Shown: positions 12,585-23,566 of the stretch, piece after piece | Position numbering within the stretch: position 1 is the first letter of the stretch | Layout: the number at the start of each line of letters is the position of its first letter | Source of the DNA: Scyliorhinus canicula | Lineage: Eukaryota | NCBI RefSeq assembly: GCF_902713615.1 | Contig: NW_024056034.1 | Span: 62,001-100,141, forward strand | Length of the DNA stretch: 38,141 nucleotides | Direction of reading: 5' to 3' | Program-made: the position numbers and the translations under genes | Notes under the pieces: model-generated | Seen by the model: the letters and a program-made list of their open reading frames with translations, nothing else | Told to the model about the DNA's origin: nothing | Databases searched by the model: none

Positions 12585-12922
12585 TATTTGTTCATGGGAT
12601 GTGGATGTCGCTGGCTGATCCTGCAGTTCTCACCCATCCCTGAGGGCATTTAAGAGTCAATCACATTGCTGTGGAGTCATCTGGAGTCATATGTAGGCCA
12701 GACTAGTTAAGGGCGACAGGTGTCCTTCTCTGAAGGACATCAGTGAACCAGATGGGTTTTGATTAGACAGAACAATGGTTTCATTGTCATCATTAGACTT
12801 TTAATTCCAGAGTTTTCTTGATTCAAATTTCACCACCTGCCGTGGTGGGAGCCCGGGTCCCCAGAACTTGACTCTGGGTCTCTGGATTACTAATCCAGCG
12901 ACAATACCACTGCGCCTCTGCC
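12585..12922 (-). mobile_element. tRNA-derived SINE with L2-like tail
   Basis: Reverse complement begins ggcagaggcgcagtggtattgtcgctggattagtaatccagagacccag and ends catcccatgaacaaataaaa. Confidence 0.7.
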
Positions 12923-13448
12923 TTGTGACACTCACTTGTGTTTGGAAGAATGCATTTTGTCGTATCAATCAGTATTAGCTGTTATGGAAGTTCGTTGCAA
13001 AGGCAAATACATCTTTAAAACTCCTGCCGATCTGTTCTCATCTCTTTGTTTCAGACTACACATCGATTAATTAATATCTCTGTTCTCTCTCAGACTTAAT
13101 TCACTTACAAAAGCATAATGAATAACTATTTGGTGTTGTGTGATTGGTCTGGTAATGGGTGTGTAATATTTTGCTGCAAGGTTGGAGCGAATCTTGAGAT
13201 ATTCACTTCATCACCAGGCTGAGGAACAGAAACACAGGAGCCATATTGAACTTCACATTGCACAACACTGTCACACACTCCATTGTGTTGGAGATGGCTA
13301 ATTCAGCCTTGTGTTCATCTGTGGCAATTACCCGCTGTTTCCTTTCATGGTCCGAATTGTCCTTCACCCTTTTTGCTGAATGGATTTCTGTTTGCTTTTG
13401 GTGTGGCCACTGATTGTGAGAGACAGAGTCTGAAACTGTGTGTGTATG

Positions 13449-13627
13449 GAATGAAATGAAAACTGAAAATCGCTTATTGTCACGAGTAGGCTTCAATGAA
13501 GTTACTGTGAAAAGCCCCTAGTCGCCACATTCCGGCGCCTGTCTGGGGAGGCTGGTATGGGAATCGAACCGTGCTGCTGGCCTGCTGGAAAAGCCAGCGA
13601 TTTAGCGCAGTGAGCTAAACCAGCCCC
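13449..13627 (-). mobile_element. GGGGCTGGTTTAGCTC-family SINE
   Basis: Reverse complement of the 3212 family, with A and B boxes. Confidence 0.9.
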
Positions 13628-13629
13628 TA

Positions 13630-13676
13630 TGTGTCTGTATGTGTGTGTGTGTGTGTGTGTGTGCGTATCTGTGTGT
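13630..13676. repeat. (TG)n microsatellite
   Basis: Direct inspection. Confidence 0.85.
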
Positions 13677-14514
13677 GGATAGGTGTGTCTATGTACGCGC
13701 CTGTGTGTCTATATGGGCCGATTAGTCTGGAACACATCATTATTCATTGTTTGCAAAATGGCGTGGCCAATAATTGCAATTATTTTTCAGCACAGGACGA
13801 CATTTTATTGAGATTACCTTCCACATCCTATGCTGCACTCAATATGTACTTGTAGTGTATTGTCCTGAGTGATCTAGACAGTAATATCAAGCTGTCCATT
13901 CAATTGAAAAGGCAAATATATCTTTCAAATTACTTACATATCGGTTCGGCTCGCTTTCTCTGTCTCAGGCGGCACCTAAATCAGTTGAACCCTCTTCTCT
14001 CTCTCAGACTTCACTCACTCACACAGGCACACAGCAGCCGACTCTGGAACCTAGTGTTTAAATGGCACCTCGTGTATAAATCTTTTTTGTTGAAGGCACT
14101 TCTGAAAATAATTAAGCACCAAAACGTCATCAGAGGAAAATTCCGTGCCAAAAAGGCAATGGATCATTCACTTAACCTCTCTCCCTTCCCCCCCTCTCAC
14201 TCCCCCCCTCCCCCCCCCCCCCCCTCGCTCTGACACCAAGTGACTTCAAACTTTCTACATTCGTATAACCTCTGTTAACAGATTGTTGCTTTAATTTCCC
14301 TTCATCTCTCCAGATTATTATTTGTATTATGACCAGTGAAGATCATCTGTGCATCTCCCGATCGGTTTCTAAACAAATAATATAACTTTTACAAGGGAAT
14401 GGGAATGGAGGTGAATGTAATGCTGAGAGCGGCAGCAATCTGTGTGGGTGTTCTTGATGCTGTCAGAGTGAGTTCACCCTCACAGGCAGGAAGACTGTTC
14501 ACGGTGATAACATG

Positions 14515-14740
14515 AAACTGACGCCTGCTGTTTCATTCTCAGGTAACACAACTTCCTGTTTCTCTGCTGCCGGTTGCAAACCGCACATCTCACTTCTGGG
14601 CAGAAAATAAATCCAGGGACCACAATCTGGTGAGAACATCTGTCAGTGCGGCCTATATCTGCCCACAGAGTCAGGGCAGAGTCACACAGATCACATTGTG
14701 GTCACATTTACAAATGAACCTGTTGTGATCTGTTCAAAGA
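14515..14740. promoter_or_regulatory. Candidate lymphoid enhancer (ETS, 3 RUNX, E-boxes, TCF/LEF, CRE half-site)
   Basis: ACTTCCTG 14551-58; AACCGCA 14579-85; GACCACA 14618-24; TGTGGT 14697-702; CATCTG 14637-42; CAAATG 14711-16; TTCAAAG 14733-39; TGACG 14519-23. Confidence 0.4.
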
Positions 14741-15019
14741 TTCCATTCCACGACATAACTGGATGGTCAGTGGATCAGTCACTGAGTTTCCCCGGTTCTC
14801 TGAAGCCAGGAAATGATATCTTGTTCCATTTCACTATTGTATCATTCTCCCGCTCTGGGTGTAATTTGTTTTTACTGTTTCTCAGTTGTGTCTCCCTTTC
14901 TAATTTCTTCGCTCAGTTTCACTTCCTCTCTCTGTATCTTTCTCCATCTTTATGTGTGTCTATTTAATTAAACTGCTAAAACAAAACCATCAAGGTTTAA
15001 ATCTAGTAATTAAAGAGAG

Positions 15020-15235
15020 ACTATTACAACTGGTAGGAGGGTCTGTAACCAGAGGACACAGATGTACCGTATTGAACAGGAGGATTGTTTTTACACAGCG
15101 AGTTGTTATAAACTGGAACACACATCGGGAAAGTATGATGGAATCAGATTTAACAGTAACTTTGGAAAATGATGGATAAATATTTGAAAGTATTAAGATC
15201 TGAAGGATGAGAGGGAAGGGAACAGTTAGATGGTT
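15020..15235 (+). mobile_element. Decayed CR1 3' fragment
   Basis: ggagggtctgtaaccagaggacacaga...ttttacacagcgagttgtt...ctggaac. Confidence 0.6.
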
Positions 15236-15441
15236 CATCTCTAATCATTGTCCCAGCACCTTTTCTGTATCTCCCTCTGTCATTCATTGAGGCCGAATAA
15301 AATACAATGATTGTACAGCTTTGCTCTTGTGCTAATCCTGTCTTTGGGCAGAACCTGGGTGTGTGCAGATAATTGCCACGAATCTTTCAGAGATTCGTTG
15401 CTGTTTACAATCCACTACTTTGGACAAAGTAACAGTGGATA

Positions 15442-15604
15442 GGGGCTGGTTTAGCTCACTGGGCTAAATCGCTGGCTTACCAAGCAGGCCAGCAGCACGG
15501 TTCGATCCCCGGGCAGGCGCCGGAATGTGGCGACTAGGGGCTTTCCACAGTAACTTCATTGAAGCCTACTCGTGACAATAAGTGATTTTCATTTTTCATT
15601 TTCG
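15442..15604 (+). mobile_element. GGGGCTGGTTTAGCTC-family SINE with small internal deletions
   Basis: Head, B box ggttcgatcccc and CATTT tail. Confidence 0.88.
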
Positions 15605-15732
15605 AATAGCACTTGTTTCGAAAAAGAACAATTATCGTTAACATTTGTGGCACTAATTCTTCCTGTGATGAGGCTTTGGCTTTTAGTCTTTGTGTCCGAA
15701 ACTGATGATTTAAACATATGTGTCCATAAGCT

Positions 15733-15915
15733 GGGACGGTAGGGTGGCGCAGTGGTTAGCACTGCTGCCTACGCCTCTGAAGATCCCGGTCCTGGGTCAC
15801 TGACCGTGTGGAGTTTGCACCTTCTTCCCGTGACTGTGTGGGTTTCACCCCCACAACCTAAATCTGTGAAGGTTAGGTGGATTGGCCGTGCTAAATATAA
15901 ATAAATGGATACTTT
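15733..15915 (+). mobile_element. HE1/V-SINE-type SINE
   Basis: gggtggcgcagtggttagcactgctgcc...ctgggtcactgaccgtgtggagtttgcac...gtggattggccgtgctaaat. Confidence 0.8.
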
Positions 15916-16276
15916 AAATTTACCAAAGAAATATTGGGTTCATAAGCTGCCGGAACCGGCTCTTGCGTGTCTGTGTAAATGGAGAACTGTTGGTAAGAAT
16001 GAGAAGAAACAGATGCTTTTGTTGCCCCCGACAGATGCACCAGTATAGATGCCATAATGGTCCTCCCATTGGGTATAAACGATCCTAGGTGGAGTCAATC
16101 ACACGCGCCTCACTCAATGAAGTTTCCAATCCACTTTTCCCGCACACATCCCTGTCACTCAGCATGATAATGAAGCCTGGGCTAGGGCCCAAAGAATCCT
16201 TGCTTTCTGATAGTTTCACTTCCTCTTAAAATCAACTGTTCATGAGATCCACTGCCTCCTTTAATCGAAGATTATC

Positions 16277-16950
16277 ACCAGTCTCTGTTATTGATACACT
16301 GGGGCCTGTCTCTGTGATTATTATTATACCAGACCCCAGTCTGACCCCGGGCCCGGCAGTCTCTGTTACTGATACACTGGAGCCGGTCTCTGTGATTATT
16401 ATTATACCAGACCCCAGTCTGACCCCGGGCCCGGCAGTCTCTGTTATTGATACACTGGAGCCGGTGTCTGTGATTATTATCATACCAGACCCCAGTCTGA
16501 CCCCGGGCCCGGCAGTCTCTGTTATTGATACACTGGAGCCGGTCTCTGTGATTATTATTATCCCAGACCCCAGTCTGACCCCGGGCCCGGCAGTCTCTGT
16601 TATTGATACACTGGAGCCGGTGTCTGTGATTATTATCATACCAGACCCCAGTCTGACCCCGGGCCCGGCAGTCTCTGTTATTGATACACTGGAGCCGGTC
16701 TCTGTGATTATTATTATCCCAGACCCCAGTCTGACCCCGGGCCCGGCAGTCTGTGTTATTGATACACTGGAGCCGGTCTCTGTGATTATTATACCAGATC
16801 CCAGTCTGACACCGGGCCCGGCAGCCTCTGTTACTGATACACTGGAACCGGTCTCTGTGATTATTATTATACCAGATCCCAGTCTGACCCCGGGCCCTGC
16901 AGTCTCTGTTATTGATACACTGGAGCCCGTCTCTGTGACTATCATACCGG
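16277..16950 (+). repeat. 78-bp minisatellite, about 8.7 units, open on + strand as (PAVSVIDTLEPVSVIIIIPDPSLTPG)n
   Basis: Unit cagtctctgttattgatacactggagccggtctctgtgattattattataccagaccccagtctgaccccgggcccgg; one 75-bp unit. Confidence 0.95.
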
Positions 16951-17102
16951 TGCGGCAGTTGTAAATCACTTCGCAAATCCAAGGAGAAAATATGTTTGTT
17001 ATTTTACAAGTGCGGAGTGGGAGGGGGGGTGGGGGGGGGGGGGGGTGCGGCGGCGGGGGAGGGGGAGGAAAGGACGTCAAAACATCATTGATGTGCCAGT
17101 AA

Positions 17103-17198
17103 CGAAAGGGGAAATGCTGGAAAATCTCAGCAAGTCTGGCAGCATCTGTCTGGAGAGAAAAGAGCTGACGTCGAGTCCGATGACTCTTTGTCAAAGCT
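17103..17198 (-). mobile_element. Penelope-type terminal fragment with decayed U3-A8 hammerhead motif
   Basis: atgctggaaaatctcagcaagtctggcagcatctg...; reverse complement UUGACAA-A-GAGUC(aucg)GACUC-GA--CGUC, GAAA missing 2 nt. Confidence 0.55.
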
Positions 17199-18610
17199 TG
17201 ACTGATGTCACTTCCTGCGGAACACATGACAGGAACATCGCCTCGAGAGCTGTGTCTGATTGGCCTGATATTATTTTTGTAATCACAAGTTTATGTTTAT
17301 TGCAGAGACTGAAAATCTAACTCTACATTTCGCTGATAACTAACAGAACGGTAAAAATCAGAACGGTAAATTTGATCTCTAATTGACCTCAGCGACTGTT
17401 TAATCAATAATTGTCCTGAAAACTGTTCCCTGGAAGAATAAAAAGTGCTGGATGCAGATGAAGATGTTCCATTGATTTTAGTCTCTGTCATTAATGAAAC
17501 TGAACTGGCTGCCCGGAAGGGTATAAGGAGAGGGGGGGGGGGGGGGGGGGGGGGGCAGGGGGGGGGGGGGGGGGGCAGTGAAGGGAGTCGAGTTTGATTA
17601 AGATTCTACTGTGGCACTCAGGGAAATGATCTCTGTGTTGTTCGTGGCATATGCACAGGACGGGGATATACGCTATTAGTTTAGTATCCGAAACTTGTAA
17701 TTTAACATACATGTATTTAACATACATTCGAAGTTTGCTGCCTTCATTTTATTCTGGCGTCTGAACTGTAGTTATCATCTTGTGTAATTTAAAGTTCCTC
17801 CCACCAAAGAGCTCCAGCATCATATTTGTCTGTTGACTGCGGCGGAAGCGGTTACGGGTTCCTTTTTATTACTATTATTAATGCAGGTTAATATACACAG
17901 GAATTAATTTTAAATTATGTTTAAATTGCAGTGAAGTAACTTATTTTGACGTGTTGTGTTATATTCAATTGATGATATCATTTTCTCAATTATTTAATAT
18001 TTAAGTAGATTATTATTTATGTCTTATTTTTCTTCCCATTTTGAATTCCTGCATCCACTTCATGCTTTTTTCTCACTATGTTCCTTTGTTTCTCTCTCTG
18101 TTTTTGTTGTTATCTGTTCGTTTGTCTCTCTTCGTTTCTCCGACCTTATTGTTTCCACATCACGGCACCGGGTCCCTTCACTGTACCTTGGTTCGTGAAT
18201 TGGTTAAAACGGGAATTTGAGATGAATTTGATTTTCTACCCTCTGAACTTGAATGCCACGTGAAGGAACGAAAACGAGACAGTGAAAGTGTCTCTGACAG
18301 AGAGAGAGAAAGAGAGGCAAGATACCGACAGAGAAGCCGAACAGCAGAGAGAGACAGACACGAAGAGAAAGCTGAGAGACACCAAGGCAGCGAAAATGCT
18401 GAAGGAGTTCATTAGCCCAGGAGCAAGAACGATTGGTGCCCGACTCTCACGAGAACTGAGGGACTGGCCAATCCTGACCTTGGGAAACGCCCATCAGAAT
18501 CACATTGCGTGAAATCTGCAGCTGATTGGAGATTACTCTTTAATATCAGACTAGAACTGCAACTTATTTCAAGCATGATTTTATTTCTTTCCAACTTTAA
18601 ACCGGGCACC

Positions 18611-19060
18611 ATGTTCTCCTCATATTGCTTTATGGTGATTCTCATCATCCTGCCCAGTGAGTCAATATTTACTATAATATTCAATATCACACATACACAT
18701 GTTCCATATTTTATGTTCACTCCCAGACGTTTGAAACATTATGTGTCTTGTTACAGGAACAAATGGCGAAGACGCAGTGTTCCAGGATCGATCTGAATTA
18801 AAGGTTCTGGAAGGACAGAACGTAACACTGGATTGTAGATACTCGACAGCTGCTCTTCAAACTCTGTTCTGGTACATCCAGTATCCCGGGAAAGCTCCAA
18901 AATATTTAATGGCAATATATAGCTCTGGGGATGTAAATATTTCGCCAAATTTACCAGCGAGGTTCTTGGTGGTTTTGCATAAAGAAAACACAACGGTTCC
19001 TTTAACTATCACCGGGGCCCTTATCTCCGACTGTGCCGTGTATTTCTGTGCCATGTTGCC
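18611..19060 (+). CDS. TCR alpha/delta-type V gene segment, family B, apparently functional (leader 18611-18656, intron 18657-18756, V exon 18757-19060)
   Basis: Leader MFSSYCFMVILIILP, donor GTGAGT, acceptor TTACAG; exon EDAVFQ...TLDC...FWYIQYPGKAPKYL...DCAVYFCAML with no stops. Confidence 0.92.
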
Positions 19061-19099
19061 CACACTGCACAGAGATATAGCAGATGCCGTACAATAACC
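19061..19099 (+). other. 23-RSS
   Basis: CACACTG-23nt-ACAATAACC. Confidence 0.92.
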
Positions 19100-19124
19100 C
19101 CACACTGAGAGTTCCAGTTAGTTC

Positions 19125-19138
19125 CCACCAGAGGGCGT
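19125..19138 (+). promoter_or_regulatory. CTCF-like motif downstream of RSS
   Basis: CCACCAGAGGGCGT, 25 nt after the nonamer. Confidence 0.6.
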
Positions 19139-19883
19139 TCTCTCGCCGATAAATATTCAACCTCCACAGTGAAAGCCAACGAGACTTTTCATAATTTCTG
19201 AGCAAGACGGGGCACCCAACAAAACCAGGCAAGGGCCACTTAGGGAATTAAAGTAGTCGCTTTCAGCTCACAGTTATAATAAAAATGAGAGTCACAAATA
19301 GATTTCTGGTGTCACCTCGTTTTTTCCTTTTGATGTTATTTCTGTGCCTGTCTGATTTATTGTGGACATTTTCCTCCGTCTTCCCGTTAGTATACCGATC
19401 CTTTTGATCACGACCGCGCACAAACTCTATATGAACAGCGTGTTTTAGTTGTCCGGATTGTTTTAATGAAAATATTAAAATTTACAAATTAGGAACATCG
19501 AGTGTTAAAACACACCCCATGCATCAATCTCCCTCGATGTTCATGGCCTTTTGGAGTGTCTTTTTATATCTATCATATTTTCCACCATCTTTCATAACCC
19601 AGGGTTTCTGTCTTAAAGTGTCTAAAGAAAGTTTTTCTTCTCACCATCTCCTCCAACAGAACCAGTACCCGAAAAGGACACGGCACTGCAGCCGAGACCG
19701 ATCCCGATATGTTTCTCTTCACTCGCAGTCACTTCACTATTCATCCGTTTCACAACCGCACAGCGAGCAAATGGCAGTGAGGCGATAGAATCCTAAGACC
19801 TTACAGCAGATTATTGATGGTAGGATCAGGATCGGTGTCTTCAAATACTCAACACTCCTTTGACAGAGCGGATAGCGAGCAGA

Positions 19884-20368
19884 ATGTGACGTAGCATCAG
19901 GATATTGTGGGAATATTTCTGACAGGTAATTGTGGACTAAACACCTTCCGCATTTTCTCCAATTTCCAAAATAGGGTATGAATCAGAATATTAAACACCC
20001 GCCGGTCTGATAATTCCTTGTTTGAATATGCTTTTAGATCCAGGTCATGGAGGCTCTGTTTGTCAGTAGCTGTCCTTAGATCTAAAGACAGTTGTAGAAG
20101 GGAAAACTGAAAAAGGTATATGCAACATCAGCTTCATTATTTATTCTGGCACAAGAGCACCAGATACACAGCGCGCGAAGTTGCACTGCAGGAATTCTGG
20201 GTGGGGTAAATGAAAGTTTTGCCAAACCATATTTCTCGGTAGAATTCGAGACCTCAACTCAATTCACCAGTTGAAGCTTCAAGGGGCGGCACCTGACTGT
20301 GCCGTCTATTACTGCTTTCTGTCTTTGGGAATTGTGATGGAAAGCAGTCTTACCCCCGTACGTTTACC
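19884..20368 (+). pseudogene. TCR V pseudogene (V-delta-like) with decayed 23-RSS
   Basis: Leader remnant ATG-TGA...IVGIFLTG|GTAATT; exon from 20044 GHGGSVCQ*...YLFWHK...FAKPYFSVEFETSTQFTS...DCAVYYC with stops and frameshifts; AATTGTG-23-ACGTTTACC at 20330-20368. Confidence 0.75.
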
Positions 20369-20639
20369 TTGGACAGTAGCTCATTTCTCCTGTCTGTTTG
20401 GGGGTTCTACAGAATCTCGGGCAGATTAACCCGTAATATGAGCAGCGCTGTCAGCCTCTCAAACCAAATACTGCCAACAAACCAATGAAAACGTCAGGAT
20501 ACCGGTTCCAGAAGCGGCTGAAAAAATAAACAAAATAGAATCTTTAAAATGACAGGTAGATGCAGCTCGAAATAAACGTATCGGTTAATTAGTCTTTCCT
20601 GCGCCTTTTCTTTGTTTATTCTTTTTAAAAACAGGGTTT

Positions 20640-21010
20640 AATGTTAGGATCAGCTCCATGGAACAGGGTAACTCTGACGTCACAAAGAATCGACAGACTG
20701 ACGTCACAGATAGTACAGACTGACGTCACAGAGACTGCAGTCTGACTTTCCTCAGACGGAAGCACTGACGCATGCGCACTCTCCTACTTGTGGTGGAACA
20801 GCAATGCTGAAGCTCCCTCATACCTTCACCCTGTTATCCACATTCCCAGGGACACATTTCTGGACGCTACAGTGTATCTGGTGTAGGACTCAGTTTTATG
20901 CTCAACAGCGTTGCCTTCTCAGGCAACGCCACTCAGTTTGGGTTCTGCTGACAGCTATTTTACAAATTGGGTTTGATCTGTGATATGAATCTGAGCTTCA
21001 CTTTCGTGAT
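20640..21010 (+). promoter_or_regulatory. Orphan V promoter (3 CRE, ETS, NRF1-like) plus truncated leader
   Basis: TGACGTCA at 20675, 20699, 20721; CGGAAG 20757; GCATGCGC; homologous to reverse complement of 34715-34995; ATGAATCTGAGCTTCACTTTCGTGAT at 20985 matches the leader of the V at 34652. Confidence 0.65.
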
Positions 21011-22469
21011 CCGATTCAGTGAGAGGGGATTAGAGTGCCTTGCCGGTTTTCCTACGGACTGAATGCATCTAGGCTCACAGAGATACGCGGCAGGGTCAGG
21101 GACAGAAGCTTAACTAAGATGTAAAGGGACTGTTTCATTGTCCTGGTCGAAATCAGCAAAAAAAAAACCGCTCTTGTTATTCTGGAGAACTAGCCCGCTA
21201 CCCCTTTCCATACCTCCTCATTAAGGATCCCGGAGCTTCTGTAGAATAGTGAATGTACCAAAGAGGGAGGGATAGCTATCCGATGTATAGTAATTGCAGT
21301 TTTGTGTTACGGTCTGTCCTTCCTGAATCATCTCTGGGACATTGAATCCATCCACTAATTCTAAAACAAAGACCAACCTTTGTCAGACATCACAGTAAAT
21401 GCAAACAATGGAACATAGAAACGACTCAACAATCCACTCACCGGGCAACACGACCATGATTAGCGGGAAAGGACATAGGAGAAATATGGCAGGTGGTTTA
21501 GATTTCAGCTAACAAATCAGAATATTTTAAATATTCTGAATGTTATAGACTGACATTGAAGAGTGAACATAGAATTGGGCATGTTTCGCTTATTGTGAAT
21601 CTGAGGGACAGCTGCCGAGGAAGAGGATTGGCTGCTCTCTCAGAAATGGGACTAACAATGAACCAATCAGTGATGCTGGTGCCCTATTACTGCATGAACA
21701 CTCAAAGCTCTTTCTGTGCTAATCCGCTTGAGGTTGGCCTTCCATCGATGCACTTACACACACACCAGACGCACATGCAAACACTTTCGTACAGACACCC
21801 AAGCAGAGGCTCACATTTACAGTTAACCAAATGTAATCGTTACCCAGTGAGGCTAAACCTATTTCAGTATCTTTCTCTTTCTTGACCTTCTGCTCAGAGT
21901 TTTGCTTCAAATCTTTCTCTCTCTCTCTCACACACTATCCCCCATATGCTCTCCTTCCATGTGCTTGTGATAATCCTGATTATTTTGCTGACAGTCTGGT
22001 CTCAATAAAACTCGAGAGGAATCTGTAGGTATAGTATTATTTATTTTTAATCAACTTGCAAGGCTGACCCGCTCTATAGAGATTCAGAACACATACAGTT
22101 TCCTGAAGCTCCCAGAACCGACTGAGGACCAAGACAAAGAAATCTCTGCACATATTCAAAAGGCATCACGTTTCACATACAAGATTCCCATAGGTCATCC
22201 TATACACCTCCTGACCTGGCCATATATCCTGAATGGTTCACTTCGGATTCCTCAACCATGGGCCTCTTGTTACCCAGCATCCTTTTCACCATCCTCTGCA
22301 CGAGGCTCCCCTCCACCTTTCTGGCCATGCTTTGCTGAATTCCTTTGTTATTTGTCTGTGAACTCACTACCATCAGACCGGCTCTATCATCTACATTATT
22401 CGAACTAATAATCCTACTTTATATCACATTCGTTTGTTCAATTCCTATCCGATGCCACGAATGGGTCAT

Positions 22470-22710
22470 GTGCAGCAATTTCCCCAACAGCACAATCGTT
22501 TCAGAATGGAAATGAGAACAGCAAACGGAGGCTGCGCCCCGGGACACCGCGGATTCTAAAGTAGTCAGATTGTGCGGCTGGTATCATCTGCAGGCGGGAT
22601 TGCCGGAGCGGAAATAGCGACGGTTGAATCTCTGGAGACTTGTGAGCATCCTGCACCTGTTCACTGCTCATGTGAGTGAGAACAATTAGTGGGGGACTGG
22701 CATGAATCGC
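22470..22710 (+). promoter_or_regulatory. Conserved non-coding element, cassette copy 1
   Basis: Core GGAGCGGAAATAGCGA, TGTGCGG and CCTGCACC shared with 25680-25900 and 30720-30970. Confidence 0.6.
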
Positions 22711-23351
22711 CCAGAAGTATCAAAAATTAGGGAACGGAATGAACATTCGGCACATGCCTATTTGAAAATGCTGTCCCAATCGTCTTTCGCACCCCACATT
22801 TTCCATATTGCTTTCCATTCTCAGATTATGACAGTCACCTTTTGGCAGTTCTTATTGAATCTTCTTTCATCATTTTCGCGTTGTGTTCTAGATGTTAACA
22901 AATCGGAATATTATGAATAAATACATCATTCTCTATCATATTTTTCTATCAAATCGGGATGATTTGTCATTGGATCTGCTGCTAATGGGAACAATTACAG
23001 CAAAACAATTTGAGTCTTCCTTCTACCTCTATTCTTACAAGCAAATGAACCCAGAATTCTCTGGTCTTTGCATAAACGGCCCTCGTGCCTGTTAATATTT
23101 AAATATATAACATCTTTCTCCAACGTCCTAATACTACTCCTCATTTGTCGTGCACAGGATTTGGAAAGAAACGGGCAGCAAAGATTTCATCGATTTAGTG
23201 TCCGTTTCTGACACAAACATCAACAGTAGTAAAAACTGTTTCCTAGCAGATCTAGTTTAGATTTCAGGGAGACATTCATGTCTTCTTGTGTATTTCAATG
23301 CACCCTCAATCCATTCAGTGGCTGCATTCAAATAGGAATGAAACTATTCCG

Positions 23352-23443
23352 GCACCAGAAGGCGCCAACTTCAAACATGGGGATGATGAAGTTCCGTGAC
23401 GGCACCGTCAAAACCAATAGACGTCGTGGTCTGAGTGATGTCA
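23352..23443 (+). promoter_or_regulatory. Family-A V promoter elements: CTCF-like motif (23352-66) and decamer AGTGATGTCA (23434-43)
   Basis: GCACCAGAAGGCGCC and AGTGATGTCA; equivalents upstream of the other two family-A genes. Confidence 0.55.
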
Positions 23444-23566
23444 GAATGGGCCTGGTCCCCTGCAGTGTGTGGGTGGATCAATGAGCTGAACAGAGCGCGG
23501 GTTCCCTCTCTCCTCTCAATCTCTGCCTCATCCCAGTCCCATTCACTCAGAGAGGTTCAGTCAGAC

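Noticed and set aside
13203-13440. Minus-strand KAELAISNTM resembling TELTISSTM of the family-C V
   Set aside because: No Cys, Trp, YxC or RSS in register; too weak without an HMM search
88-15238. Short ORFs of 60-110 aa in the left part of the window
   Set aside because: They are LINE, SINE or Penelope fragments, antisense frames or low-complexity sequence; no host gene supported
16277-16950. CRISPR-like array
   Set aside because: Units are contiguous near-identical repeats without unique spacers, in a vertebrate context
16232-17227. 331-aa and 235-aa minus-strand ORFs
   Set aside because: By-products of the 78-bp repeat and poly-G run; unit variants are often non-synonymous in these frames
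17230-17491. Minus-strand ETKINGTSSSASSTFY...ELDFQSLQ then CACAGCT, V-like spacing
   Set aside because: Invariant Cys and Trp absent and no nonamer; inconclusive
19165-19171. Perfect heptamer CACAGTG, also at about 25964 and as CACTGTG at about 26252
   Set aside because: No nonamer at 12 or 23 nt; the latter two are inside a SINE; no D or J segment supported
22130-22340. Possible family-C relic (VEESEV) in cassette copy 1
   Set aside because: Only a short patch of similarity; not called
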